The notes under the pieces are model-generated. The model worked only from the letters and a program-made list of their open reading frames with translations, searched no databases and was not told the origin of the DNA. This document shows, piece after piece, positions 28,728-37,770 of a stretch of DNA of 60,261 bases (the first letter of the stretch is position 1; every line of letters begins with the position of its first letter). A program made the translations under genes and the position numbers. The stretch comes from Proteobacteria bacterium UBA3413 (GTDB lineage: Bacteria; Pseudomonadota; Gammaproteobacteria; Magnimaribacterales; D2472), in contig DEOR01000024.1 of NCBI GenBank assembly GCA_002358345.1, positions 1 through 60,261 on the forward strand. Direction: 5' to 3'.

Positions 28728-29785
28728 TGGAAACAAAGAATCACGATGTCATTTTCTCTGGAACTAAAGACGTTGCAGAAAACTTAAAATTTGATGAGTC
28801 TAAACTTCAAGAATGGCTTGGGGATAAAATCCCTGGGACTGGAAAAATTCTTCAAGTCTCTCAATTTAAAGGCGGGCAATCAAACCCTACTTATAAAATT
28901 CTAACTGAAAAGAAAAATTTTGTGCTTAGAAGAAAGCCTCCTGGGGAACTTCTTAAATCAGCTCATGCAGTTGATCGAGAGTATAAAGTAATCACCGCCC
29001 TTCAAAATACAGAAGTTCCTGTTCCAAAAACTTATGGCTTATGTGAAGACCGGGATGTCATAGGCACTGAATTTTTTGTGATGGATTTTCTAGACGGGAA
29101 TATTTATTGGGATCTTATGCTGGCAGATAAATCTCCGGCGGAAAGACGATCCATTTATCTCAGTAAAAATAAAGTTATCGCTGAGCTACACAAAGTGAAC
29201 TATCAAGCGGTTGGTCTTTCAGATTACGGAAAGCCTGGGAACTATGTAGCCAGACAGGTCTCTCGTTGGACTAAGCAGTATCTTACCTCCCAAACCGAAG
29301 AAATCCCAGCAATGAATCGATTGATTGATTGGCTGCCAAACAACATACCTGATGATGGTGACACATGTATTGTCCATGGAGATTACCGCTTGGATAATAT
29401 GGTCTTTAATGAAGGTAATAACGTCATGGGCGTCTTGGACTGGGAACTTTCAACTCTCGGGCATCCTGTGGCAGATTTTAACTATCATTGCATTAGCTGG
29501 CGTAATATTCCTCAGCTGGCTGATGAAAAGTTCTGCAAAGAATATGGTATTCCTAGTGAGAAAGAGTATCGAGAAATGTACTCTGAAACAACGGGGAAAG
29601 ATCTCTCCAGTAACTGGGAATTTTATTATATTTTTAATATCTTTAAACTTGCTGGGATCTTACAAGGCATCATTGGCAGAGTGAGAGATGGTACTGCTGC
29701 AAGTAAACATGCTGAAGATCGCGCAAATCAGGTAACACCTCTTGCTGAAGCAGCCTGGGCTTTGGTCGAGCAAAATTATAGATAA
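28727..29785 (+). CDS. Phosphotransferase-family kinase (APH fold; ACAD10/ACAD11 N-terminal / LvaA-like), substrate unknown
   Basis: 352 aa. Motifs QFKGGQSNPTY, VLRRKP, catalytic loop HGDYRLDNMVF and metal-binding DWE. The ATG overlaps the stop of the upstream SDR (TAATG). Confidence 0.75.
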   Translation: METKNHDVIFSGTKDVAENLKFDESKLQEWLGDKIPGTGKILQVSQFKGGQSNPTYKILTEKKNFVLRRKPPGELLKSAHAVDREYKVITALQNTEVPVPKTYGLCEDRDVIGTEFFVMDFLDGNIYWDLMLADKSPAERRSIYLSKNKVIAELHKVNYQAVGLSDYGKPGNYVARQVSRWTKQYLTSQTEEIPAMNRLIDWLPNNIPDDGDTCIVHGDYRLDNMVFNEGNNVMGVLDWELSTLGHPVADFNYHCISWRNIPQLADEKFCKEYGIPSEKEYREMYSETTGKDLSSNWEFYYIFNIFKLAGILQGIIGRVRDGTAASKHAEDRANQVTPLAEAAWALVEQNYR

Positions 29786-29791
29786 GAAAGT

Positions 29792-30172
29792 TTAGATTAA
29801 TTCTTGAAGGGGCTCTGATACAAATTTATACTTGTGAATCTCTTCACTTTCAAAAATGATTTCATTGGTATCGTTGATCTGTAAAATAATATCAATGTCT
29901 AATGTTCGAGCACTGAATTTAGGTGCGTGCCTGTTCCGCCCTGCTGAGTTTTCAATCTCTTTGAGCTGCTGATTTAGAATATTAAAATTCATCTCACTGC
30001 TCCCAGCAACCACTAGGTTTAAAAAATCATCACCCTCAAAACCTTCCGCCGCAGTTTGATGGGTCGAAGAAATCTCAAGATCAAAGAGAAGATTGTGTAA
30101 CTCCTCAATAGCAAATTTAAGGTTGTCTGGGGCGTTGATGTTGCTCCCTAGCGATAGAAAATACTTCATCAT
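29792..30172 (-). CDS. folK: 2-amino-4-hydroxy-6-hydroxymethyldihydropteridine pyrophosphokinase, minimal and divergent
   Basis: 126 aa. LSLGSNINAP and ARTLDIDIIL align with E. coli HPPK IAIGSNLASP and PRTLDLDIML. Directly follows folB with a 1-nt overlap. Confidence 0.65.
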   Translation of the reverse strand: MMKYFLSLGSNINAPDNLKFAIEELHNLLFDLEISSTHQTAAEGFEGDDFLNLVVAGSSEMNFNILNQQLKEIENSAGRNRHAPKFSARTLDIDIILQINDTNEIIFESEEIHKYKFVSEPLQELI

Positions 30173-30522
30173 TATCGATGGATGATAATGCCGACATCAT
30201 CAGCATGCCTGAGAGCTCCAGGCTTGGAAACTCTAAGCCTCAAAGAGGAAACTCCATGTTCCTTTTTTACTAATGCCGCGATGCCTTCTGCAAGGGTTTC
30301 TTGGAGTTGAAAGCTAGATGATTCAACGTATGCGATAATCGCTTTAGTGATGGCTTTGTAATCAAAGGTATCTTCGATAGCATCAGTTTCTGCAGCTTTT
30401 TTAGAGTTGAGTGCTATCTCTAAATCAATGCTAATTTCCTGTCGAACCTTTCTCTCCCAGCCAAAAATACCAATAATTGCTTGAACTTTAAGATTGCTAA
30501 TGTAGATTCTATCTTCCATCAC
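30172..30522 (-). CDS. folB: Dihydroneopterin aldolase
   Basis: 116 aa. N-terminal DRIYISNLKVQAIIGIFGWER and C-terminal VSKPGAL are typical of FolB. Confidence 0.85.
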   Translation of the reverse strand: MMEDRIYISNLKVQAIIGIFGWERKVRQEISIDLEIALNSKKAAETDAIEDTFDYKAITKAIIAYVESSSFQLQETLAEGIAALVKKEHGVSSLRLRVSKPGALRHADDVGIIIHR

Positions 30523-31520
30523 TTATGCAGCCCCAAAGGCCATCTTGGCCTGGCGCACGAAACTAGGCTGTGGGTTGCTTCATGGGCTTTCAAACTTCCA
30601 AGATAGGCGATCATTGCAGCATTATCTGTGCAATGGGCTAATGGTGGGTACAAAACATTAATGTTTAATCCTGCCCTTAAATTTGAGATTTTATCTCTTA
30701 GCATTTTATTTGCAGCCACTCCGCCAGCTAAAATAATTGATTCCCTTCCAGTGCCCTCAAGAGCATTGGAAATTTTTTGAACTAAAACTTCAGTTGCGGC
30801 ATGCTGAAATGATGCTGCAATATCAGCTTGAATTTCTGAAGTCATTTCTGTTAGATCTTGAACCGCATAGAGCACTGCTGTTTTTAGGCCGCTAAAACTA
30901 AAATCATAATCTGAGCTGTGCAGCATGGGTTGTGGAAAATTAAATTTCTTTGGGTCGCCATGCTTTGCAATTTTTTCAATTTCAGGGCCTCCGGGATAGC
31001 CAAGACCGATAAGCTTTGCAACTTTATCAAAAGCCTCTCCTACTGCATCATCCCTCGACTGCCCTAAAATTTTATATTCATTCAGACCCTGAACATCAAT
31101 GATCAGCGAATGTCCTCCAGAAACAAGTAGCGTTAAAAATGGAAACTCTACCTGCTCTCCACCCAAGAAAGGTGCCATCAAGTGTGCCTCAAGATGGTTA
31201 ACAGGAATCAAAGGTTTGTTCAGAGCAATCGCCAAGCCTTGCGCAAAATTTTCTCCGATTAAAAGCGCTCCCAAAAGACCAGGACCAGCTGTATAAGCTA
31301 CATGGTCTATTGATTCTGGATCAATTGAGCCTAAAGCATGCTTATAAATTTGAATAATTTTTTTGCAGTGGTCCCTAGAAGCTAGCTCAGGTATCACTCC
31401 ACCATACTCACTATGCAAGTCAATTTGCGAAAAAACTGATTCGCCAATTAAACCTTTTTCTGAATCAAACAAGGCAACTGCAGTCTCATCGCAAGAAGTT
31501 TCAATGCCAAGGGTAATCAT
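30519..31520 (-). CDS. tsaD: tRNA N6-adenosine threonylcarbamoyltransferase
   Basis: 333 aa. GIETSCDETAVAL, VNHLEAH and SGGHS motifs. Divergent from rpsU as in E. coli and Pseudomonas. Confidence 0.95.
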   Translation of the reverse strand: MITLGIETSCDETAVALFDSEKGLIGESVFSQIDLHSEYGGVIPELASRDHCKKIIQIYKHALGSIDPESIDHVAYTAGPGLLGALLIGENFAQGLAIALNKPLIPVNHLEAHLMAPFLGGEQVEFPFLTLLVSGGHSLIIDVQGLNEYKILGQSRDDAVGEAFDKVAKLIGLGYPGGPEIEKIAKHGDPKKFNFPQPMLHSSDYDFSFSGLKTAVLYAVQDLTEMTSEIQADIAASFQHAATEVLVQKISNALEGTGRESIILAGGVAANKMLRDKISNLRAGLNINVLYPPLAHCTDNAAMIAYLGSLKAHEATHSLVSCARPRWPLGLHK

Positions 31521-31570
31521 AAAAAAAATTTTGCATTCGGGCTATAAAAAGAATAAACTACTCAGCAATT

Positions 31571-31789
31571 ATGCCTTCAATAATAATAAAAGAAACCGAA
31601 TATTTTGACGTTGGACTTCGAAAGTTTAAGCGCGCTTGTGAAAAAGCTGCCATTGTTCCGGAGATTAGAGCAAGAGAATTTTACGAAAAACCAACAGAAG
31701 TAAGAAAAAGAAAAATGGCTGCAGCGATCAAGCGTGCCCATAAAACTAATAGAAAATTTAGTTTCCCAAGACAAAGATCCTATCGCTAA
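31571..31789 (+). CDS. rpsU: 30S ribosomal protein S21
   Basis: 72 aa. MPSIIIKE...[13 protein letters not shown]...[14 protein letters not shown] matches bS21. Confidence 0.95.
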   Translation: MPSIIIKETEYFDVGLRKFKRACEKAAIVPEIRAREFYEKPTEVRKRKMAAAIKRAHKTNRKFSFPRQRSYR

Positions 31790-31790
31790 T

Positions 31791-32234
31791 TTGTCTCTTC
31801 TAGACACCATTAATCAAGACCTCAAAACTGCAATGATCAGCAAAGAAGTAGTTGCGCGAGATACTATTAGAATGCTGCTCTCTGAAATCAAAAAATATGA
31901 AATTGATGAAAGAGAAGAAGCAACCGATCCCATCATCTTGGCCCTCATTAACAAAAACGTAAAACAACGCAGAGATTCAATCGAACAATTTAAAAATGGT
32001 GGAAGAGCAGATCTCGTAACCAAAGAGGAAGAGCAGCTCAAAGTTATTTTGCAGTATTTACCTCAACAACTCTCTGTCGATGAGATCAAAGCAATTGTCC
32101 AGCAAGGTATTGATGAGATATCAGCACAAACAATGCAAGACATGGGCAAACTAATGGCTCTATTAAAGCCTCAATTAGAAGGCAAGGCTGACATGTCTGT
32201 TGTCAGCGCTGCGGTCAAAGAGCTTTTAAATTAG
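31791..32234 (+). CDS. yqeY: GatB/YqeY domain protein
   Basis: A TTG at 31791, 1 nt after the rpsU stop, gives (M)SLLDTINQDLKTAMISKE, the typical YqeY N-terminus. The track ATG at 31734 would lie inside rpsU. Confidence 0.8.
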   Translation: MSLLDTINQDLKTAMISKEVVARDTIRMLLSEIKKYEIDEREEATDPIILALINKNVKQRRDSIEQFKNGGRADLVTKEEEQLKVILQYLPQQLSVDEIKAIVQQGIDEISAQTMQDMGKLMALLKPQLEGKADMSVVSAAVKELLN

Positions 32235-32241
32235 ACTAAGT

Positions 32242-33483
32242 TTAATGCTTGTAAGCCGACGGCTTATTCTCCTTATTTGTATATCGCTCAGTTAGCCTAG
32301 TTGCTCTTGAGCTTAGGTCTTGAGCTTGACCTGCAATAAAAACAAATTCTGGAAAAGAGGATGGTTCCAATGGATCGGCATTCCATACAACTATATCTGC
32401 TATCTTGCCTTGAGCAATCGTACCTCGAGCACCTAAATTAAAAGTCTCAGCAACTGTTTGAGTCATCCCTTGAATGGCAGTCTCATAAGACATTCCGTAG
32501 GCCACAGCATTACCTGAGCCTTGTCTCATCAAATGATAGTTATGACTCCTTTGAGTGCTGAACATAATCTTAATGCCTGCTTCATCTAAAACTTTTCCAA
32601 GCATAAGGCTAGAGCCTAACTCATCAAAAGAATCTGGAATATTATCCATGGGGTCTATAATAACGGGAATCTTACTAGCCTTCAGTTGATTGATCACCAA
32701 AGGAGCTTCCTCCACACTTGCTAGGACTAAATTTAGCCCATATTTTTTCTTTAATGCTATTGCTTGAAGAATATCCACTGCGCGATTGGTCTCCAGCACA
32801 AAAGGTAAATTATCATCAACCAGTCTTTTTAAGGCTAGGATATCCTGAGCTTGAAGCTCTAATTGATCTGCTAGGCGCATCTCTAACACCTCTTCTATTG
32901 GCATGGCCGACGCTTTCTGACCGAGCTCTAGCAGAGATTCAAGCACTGACAATGTTTCTGCTCTTGAGCCATAGGATGACCCCATGCGTCCAAACATTGC
33001 AATATCTTTGAGACCCTTGATTTCAAGACTCCCATCTAAAACAAAATAAGATGCCAAGCCAAACAATGGAAATGATGAGGACCCGGGTGAAGTAATAGCA
33101 CTAGTCACTCCATTGCTTCTGTTCCATGGAATCCCTGTGGAATGGGGGTTGAAGGCATTGAAAATACTAAAGCCTGCCTTCAGAACATCTGACTCATCAT
33201 CTCTGGTTACATCAAGCGCATTAATTTCTACGATGCCCAAATTACTCATTGGAGAAATTAAACCCGGCGTGACTGGCAAGCCATTCAGCTCGATAACTTC
33301 AGTTGTGCCATTGATGGCAAGATTATTTCCAACACGTGAAATGGTATTTCCTGTGATGAGAATGTCTTGAATCTGCGCACCCTCTCCGTTACCAGAATGC
33401 ACCATGCCACCCTTAAGCAGCAAAGATTGTGTGAAAGCATTTAAAGAAAAAAGTAAGAATAAAGATAAAAATAAATATTTCAT
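32242..33483 (-). CDS. Exported amidohydrolase-superfamily paralogue lacking the canonical metal and catalytic ligands (likely non-catalytic)
   Basis: 413 aa with signal peptide MKYLFLSLFLLFSLNAFTQ. Conserved composite-domain end GTIAQGKIADIVVWNADP. Shows PGLISPMSNLG where HxH is expected, and FSTQ where the neighbour has HSDD. Confidence 0.7.
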   Translation of the reverse strand: MKYLFLSLFLLFSLNAFTQSLLLKGGMVHSGNGEGAQIQDILITGNTISRVGNNLAINGTTEVIELNGLPVTPGLISPMSNLGIVEINALDVTRDDESDVLKAGFSIFNAFNPHSTGIPWNRSNGVTSAITSPGSSSFPLFGLASYFVLDGSLEIKGLKDIAMFGRMGSSYGSRAETLSVLESLLELGQKASAMPIEEVLEMRLADQLELQAQDILALKRLVDDNLPFVLETNRAVDILQAIALKKKYGLNLVLASVEEAPLVINQLKASKIPVIIDPMDNIPDSFDELGSSLMLGKVLDEAGIKIMFSTQRSHNYHLMRQGSGNAVAYGMSYETAIQGMTQTVAETFNLGARGTIAQGKIADIVVWNADPLEPSSFPEFVFIAGQAQDLSSRATRLTERYTNKENKPSAYKH

Positions 33484-33484
33484 A

Positions 33485-34870
33485 TTATTGCGCCCTGATT
33501 GTTTGAGGCTGAATTATGCCTAGATCAAAATCTGTTACTGGTTGAGCTTTGGGATCATTCATATCGAATGCTAGGGCGCCATCAACAAGAACTTGCTGTG
33601 CACGAGCATAAACACTAAAGGGGTTGTGAGTCCAAAGAACAATATCCGCATCTTTGCCGGGCTCAATGCTTCCAGTTGCCTCTATGACTCCTGCAGCTTT
33701 TGCTGGATTGCTTGTAATCCACCTCATGGCGTGGGCCTTGGAGATATCAAAACCAGCTCGATTACCAGCCGCCATAGCTTTAGCGGCCTCTTGATTCAAG
33801 TGCTGAATTCCAACTTCATCATCAGAATGAACAATCGCACACCCTGTGCCATTTCGCGCTTGATCTATAATTGCAATATTTGCAGGCACCATGTCATAAG
33901 CTTCATGTTTAAAGCCCCACCAATCTGCCCACATTGCTGCGCAGATCCCCTCATCTGCTAATAAATCAGCAATCTTGTATGCCTCGACAGCATGATGAAA
34001 GGTAGTAATTTTATAATCAAACTCTTTTGATAGCTCTACCATCATGGCCATTTCTTCTGCTCGATAGCAATGATTCTGAATTAAAATCTCTCCATCTAGT
34101 ACACCCACCAAAGTATCCATAGCAAGATCGCGCTTTGGATGCTTATCAGAATCTGTGTCTTGCATTCCATCTCGATAATCAGCTGCATCAATCCATGCGC
34201 TTCTGTAGCCTGCCATATTACCCATTCTAGTTGCTGGAGATTGCCTTCTATTGCCGTAAACTCTTTTTGGATTTTCGCCGCAAGCCATTTTTAATGAATG
34301 TGGGGCATTGGGGAATTTCATAGCTTGAATGGTATTCTTTGAAATGTTTTTAAATGTCGCCCCCCTTCCACCAAATAGATTAGCCGAACCAGGTAATACA
34401 TGAAATGAAGTCACCCCACCTTTTAACGCTAATGCAAACTGAGGGTCTTGAGTCCAAATTGAATGCTCGGCCCAAACCTCGGCTGTAACAGGTGACGTAG
34501 CCTCATTGCCGTCCGAACTGGTGCTAACACCAGGCGCTGAATAAACCCCCATATGAGAATGTATATCAATAATCCCAGGTGTAATCCATTGCCCAGTAGC
34601 ATCAATAACATTAATGCCGGATTGAGCAAGAGATTGACCCATTTCTACAATTTTTCCATCAGCAATGAGTAAATCATAGTCTAAGAATTCACCGCCCAGG
34701 CCGTCATAGATATTCGCAGATTTATATAAAATGGGTTGGGATTGCATTGGTTCATAGGTTGAAGCAAATGATTTGTTCTGACTTTTAGTTGTTTCACTCA
34801 AAGACTCATCTAGATCTGAGCAACCCAGGATTAGCAAAAGTGGTACCGATAAAAGTGAAATATTTTTCAT
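33485..34870 (-). CDS. Amidohydrolase-superfamily lipoprotein (COG1228-like Xaa-Pro/Xaa-Arg dipeptidase-type enzyme)
   Basis: 461 aa. Lipobox LLLILGC, HxH motif PGIIDIHSHMG, later HSDD, C-terminal GSIEPGKDADIVLW. Confidence 0.8.
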   Translation of the reverse strand: MKNISLLSVPLLLILGCSDLDESLSETTKSQNKSFASTYEPMQSQPILYKSANIYDGLGGEFLDYDLLIADGKIVEMGQSLAQSGINVIDATGQWITPGIIDIHSHMGVYSAPGVSTSSDGNEATSPVTAEVWAEHSIWTQDPQFALALKGGVTSFHVLPGSANLFGGRGATFKNISKNTIQAMKFPNAPHSLKMACGENPKRVYGNRRQSPATRMGNMAGYRSAWIDAADYRDGMQDTDSDKHPKRDLAMDTLVGVLDGEILIQNHCYRAEEMAMMVELSKEFDYKITTFHHAVEAYKIADLLADEGICAAMWADWWGFKHEAYDMVPANIAIIDQARNGTGCAIVHSDDEVGIQHLNQEAAKAMAAGNRAGFDISKAHAMRWITSNPAKAAGVIEATGSIEPGKDADIVLWTHNPFSVYARAQQVLVDGALAFDMNDPKAQPVTDFDLGIIQPQTIRAQ

Positions 34871-34921
34871 AATAGATTTTCCTCGCTTTGAGAATTATAA
34901 AGCCATTTAAAGAGATATAAT

Positions 34922-35632
34922 ATGGGCATGGAAAGAACTAATAATAGACAGACAAATCAAATGAGACCTATTGAGATAGAAATAGGAGTCAACAAACATG
35001 CTGAGGGATCGGCATTAGTAAAATTTGGTGATACTCATGTCATTTGTACAGCAACCATTGAAAATAGTGTGCCTAGATGGATGCGTGGCTCTAATGAGGG
35101 TTGGATTACTGCTGAATATGGGATGTTGCCAAGATCCACTCACAGCAGAATGGATCGAGAGGCTGCTCGAGGCAAACAAAGCGGAAGAACCATGGAGATT
35201 CAAAGATTAATTGGGCGCTCATTGAGACAAGCCGTAGATTTAAAGTTTCTTAAAGATAAAACGGTGAGCATAGATTGTGATGTGATCCAAGCAGACGGTG
35301 GCACAAGAACTGCTGCAATTTCTGGTGCCTGCGTTGCATTGTTTGAGGCTATTAAAAATGCTCATGGTGATCACAGGGCTATTAAAGAATATGTTGCTGC
35401 TGTGTCTATTGGGCTAAAAGATGGTGAGCCTCTCCTTGATTTGAACTTCGACGAAGATAGTTCTGCAGAAACAGATTTAAACGTAGTAATGACAGAAAGT
35501 GGTGGCATTATTGAAATTCAGGGCACAGCCGAGATTTATCCCTTCTCCAAGGATCAGCTTGATAGCATGCTGGCGATTGCCTCTAATGGGATCAAAGATA
35601 TTATTGAAGTTCAAAAATCATGTCTGAACTAA
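34922..35632 (+). CDS. rph: Ribonuclease PH
   Basis: 236 aa, colinear with E. coli Rph ([65 protein letters not shown]). Confidence 0.96.
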   Translation: MGMERTNNRQTNQMRPIEIEIGVNKHAEGSALVKFGDTHVICTATIENSVPRWMRGSNEGWITAEYGMLPRSTHSRMDREAARGKQSGRTMEIQRLIGRSLRQAVDLKFLKDKTVSIDCDVIQADGGTRTAAISGACVALFEAIKNAHGDHRAIKEYVAAVSIGLKDGEPLLDLNFDEDSSAETDLNVVMTESGGIIEIQGTAEIYPFSKDQLDSMLAIASNGIKDIIEVQKSCLN

Positions 35633-36267
35633 AAGACTATCAAAATAATTTTATTAACTTAGCTTTAAAATCCCAGGCATTAGAATTTGGAAGCTTTACG
35701 CTAAAATCTGGTCGAACTAGCCCATATTTTTTTAATGCAGCAAAAATGCTCAACGGCTGTGATTTATCACAGCTCGCCTTGTGCTACTTCCAAGCAATTG
35801 AGAACCTAAAAATTTCATTTGATTGTATTTATGGACCCGCATATAAAGGTATTTTTTTAGGCTCATTGGTAGCAATGAAATATAGTCAAGAAAATAGAAT
35901 ATATCCCCTTTCCTTTAATAGAAAAGAAATAAAAGATCATGGCGAGGGTGGAAATATTATAGGAACAGACCCATGTGGAGACGTCATGATTATTGATGAT
36001 GTCCTTTCTGCTGGAACGGCCGCACGAGAATCTATTCATCTGATCGAAAGTCTTCAGGCTAATGCAAAATTATTTGTTGTTGGGCTTGATAGGCAGGAAA
36101 AAGGCGCTGGCACAATCTCGGCAAAAGCAGAGTTAGAAAGAGATTTTGATATTGTTGTGGAGTCTATTGTAAATCTGGATGCGCTCATTCAATTCTCGAA
36201 GCATAGTGAGCACTTTCATGCTTATCAAATTCAACTACAAGAATATCGCGAAACCTGGGGAGCATAA
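35620..36267 (+). CDS. pyrE: Orotate phosphoribosyltransferase
   Basis: 215 aa. [17 protein letters not shown] and PRPP motif [13 protein letters not shown]. Overlaps rph by 13 nt. Confidence 0.94.
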   Translation: MSELKDYQNNFINLALKSQALEFGSFTLKSGRTSPYFFNAAKMLNGCDLSQLALCYFQAIENLKISFDCIYGPAYKGIFLGSLVAMKYSQENRIYPLSFNRKEIKDHGEGGNIIGTDPCGDVMIIDDVLSAGTAARESIHLIESLQANAKLFVVGLDRQEKGAGTISAKAELERDFDIVVESIVNLDALIQFSKHSEHFHAYQIQLQEYRETWGA

Positions 36268-36878
36268 TGTTTACTGGTATCGTTACAGCCCAAGGTCTGA
36301 TTAAAAGAATTCAGAACCAACCAAACTACACCACTCTAAGTATTAAAGCGCCCAAAGGCTTTGCTCAAAATCTTAAGCGTGGGGCTAGCGTGGCTGTCAA
36401 TGGTGTCTGTTTAACAGTTAAAAAAGGGTCAACCAATCATTTGGAATTTGATGTAATTACTGAAACTCTTGATAAAACTAATTTAAAACTGCTTAACAAA
36501 AATGAGAAGGTAAACTTAGAACGCTCTATGGTTGCGACGTCTGAAATTGGGGGTCATCTAGTATCTGGGCATATTTTTGGGGTGGGGGTAATCAAGAGCA
36601 TTAATGATCGAGGAGATACGAAAGATTTAAGAATTCAAGCTCCTGCTGCAATGATGCAATACTTATTTTACAAAGGATATATTGCTCTAAATGGCTGCAG
36701 TCTTACGGTTGGAAAAGTTCTAAAATCTTCTTTTAATATACACCTGATACCTGAGACCATTAAAGTAACGAATTTTCAGAGCCTTCAAAAAGGTGACCTT
36801 GTGAATATTGAGATTGATCAAACCACTGTCAATATCGTGGAAACAATCAAAAAAATTATGCTTGAGAAAAAAGCTTAG
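36267..36878 (+). CDS. ribE: Riboflavin synthase (alpha chain)
   Basis: 203 aa. Hallmark N-terminus MFTGIV. Internal duplication with two NGVCLTV / NGCSLTV lumazine-binding repeats. Confidence 0.92.
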   Translation: MFTGIVTAQGLIKRIQNQPNYTTLSIKAPKGFAQNLKRGASVAVNGVCLTVKKGSTNHLEFDVITETLDKTNLKLLNKNEKVNLERSMVATSEIGGHLVSGHIFGVGVIKSINDRGDTKDLRIQAPAAMMQYLFYKGYIALNGCSLTVGKVLKSSFNIHLIPETIKVTNFQSLQKGDLVNIEIDQTTVNIVETIKKIMLEKKA

Positions 36879-37770
36879 TTAGAACTGCCATCCTCATCCC
36901 TACTCCATTAAAAATTTGATTTTTGATTTTGCAATTATCAAGCTTGGCCGCCTCTTGATCTAATTCAATGCCAAAATTTACAGGACCAGGGTGTAATAAA
37001 ATTGTTTCAGGGGAGGCCACTTGCAAGGAATCAACATTAATCTGATATCGCTCCACATAATCTGAGGCGCTAATTGTTAATTTCTCAGTGAGACGCTCAT
37101 TCTGAATGCGCAACGCCATCACAACATCTGCATCCTCCATGGCAGTTTCTAAATCAGGCTCAAAGTTACCCAAAGAATTTTCAAGATAATTTTTACAAAG
37201 ATCAGGATGGCCGCAAAAGGTAATAGTTTTGAAACCTACAATTTGAATGGCCTCAAGAAAAGAGCTGACCACTCTCGAATGATCTAGGTCACCTACTATT
37301 GTAATTTTTAGATCCACAAAAGATTTTTTAAATTCACGAATAGTCATTAAATCAAGTAAAGCTTGTGATGGGTGTCCCACAGAACCCTCTCCAGCATTGA
37401 CAAATTGTAAGCTTGGAAATTTTTTAGCTAGCGCATGAATTGAGGAGTCTGAGTGCCTCAAAATACAAAGGTCAATACCCATCAGCATCATGGCTTCTAA
37501 AGTATCCTCTAAGGTCTCACCTTTTTGCATGGAAGAGTTAGCAAGATTGAAGTCTAGGTATTTAGCGCCCAGATTATGCGTTGCTATTTCAAAAGATAAT
37601 TTTGTCCGAGTGCTTGGTTCACAGAAAATAGAAGCAACTTTTTTATCAGGAAAAATATTTTCATGTCGATACCCAACAGGATCATTTGTTTGAAAATTAT
37701 TAGCTAAATCAATAAGCTCGAGGATATCTTTCTCAGTGAAGTCGGCTAAATTAAGGAGATTTTGAGACAT
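36856..37770 (-). CDS. pyrB: Aspartate carbamoyltransferase catalytic chain
   Basis: 304 aa. STRTKLSFE, HPSQALLD and HPGP motifs. No pyrI or pyrC-like gene adjacent. Confidence 0.94.
   Translation of the reverse strand: MSQNLLNLADFTEKDILELIDLANNFQTNDPVGYRHENIFPDKKVASIFCEPSTRTKLSFEIATHNLGAKYLDFNLANSSMQKGETLEDTLEAMMLMGIDLCILRHSDSSIHALAKKFPSLQFVNAGEGSVGHPSQALLDLMTIREFKKSFVDLKITIVGDLDHSRVVSSFLEAIQIVGFKTITFCGHPDLCKNYLENSLGNFEPDLETAMEDADVVMALRIQNERLTEKLTISASDYVERYQINVDSLQVASPETILLHPGPVNFGIELDQEAAKLDNCKIKNQIFNGVGMRMAVLTKLFSQA

Noticed and set aside
29325-29684. 119-aa same-strand alternative-frame ORF inside the APH-fold kinase gene
   Set aside because: A rough expectation for this window, using an assumed stop frequency near 6-7 percent per codon and about 8000 ORF starts, is a couple of ORFs this long by chance. 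The peptide is hydrophobic junk with no ribosome-binding site, and the main frame carries intact kinase motifs.
33593-33961. 122-aa ORF antisense to the amidohydrolase lipoprotein gene
   Set aside because: Same reasoning as above. There is no motif content, and it lies fully within a well-supported gene.
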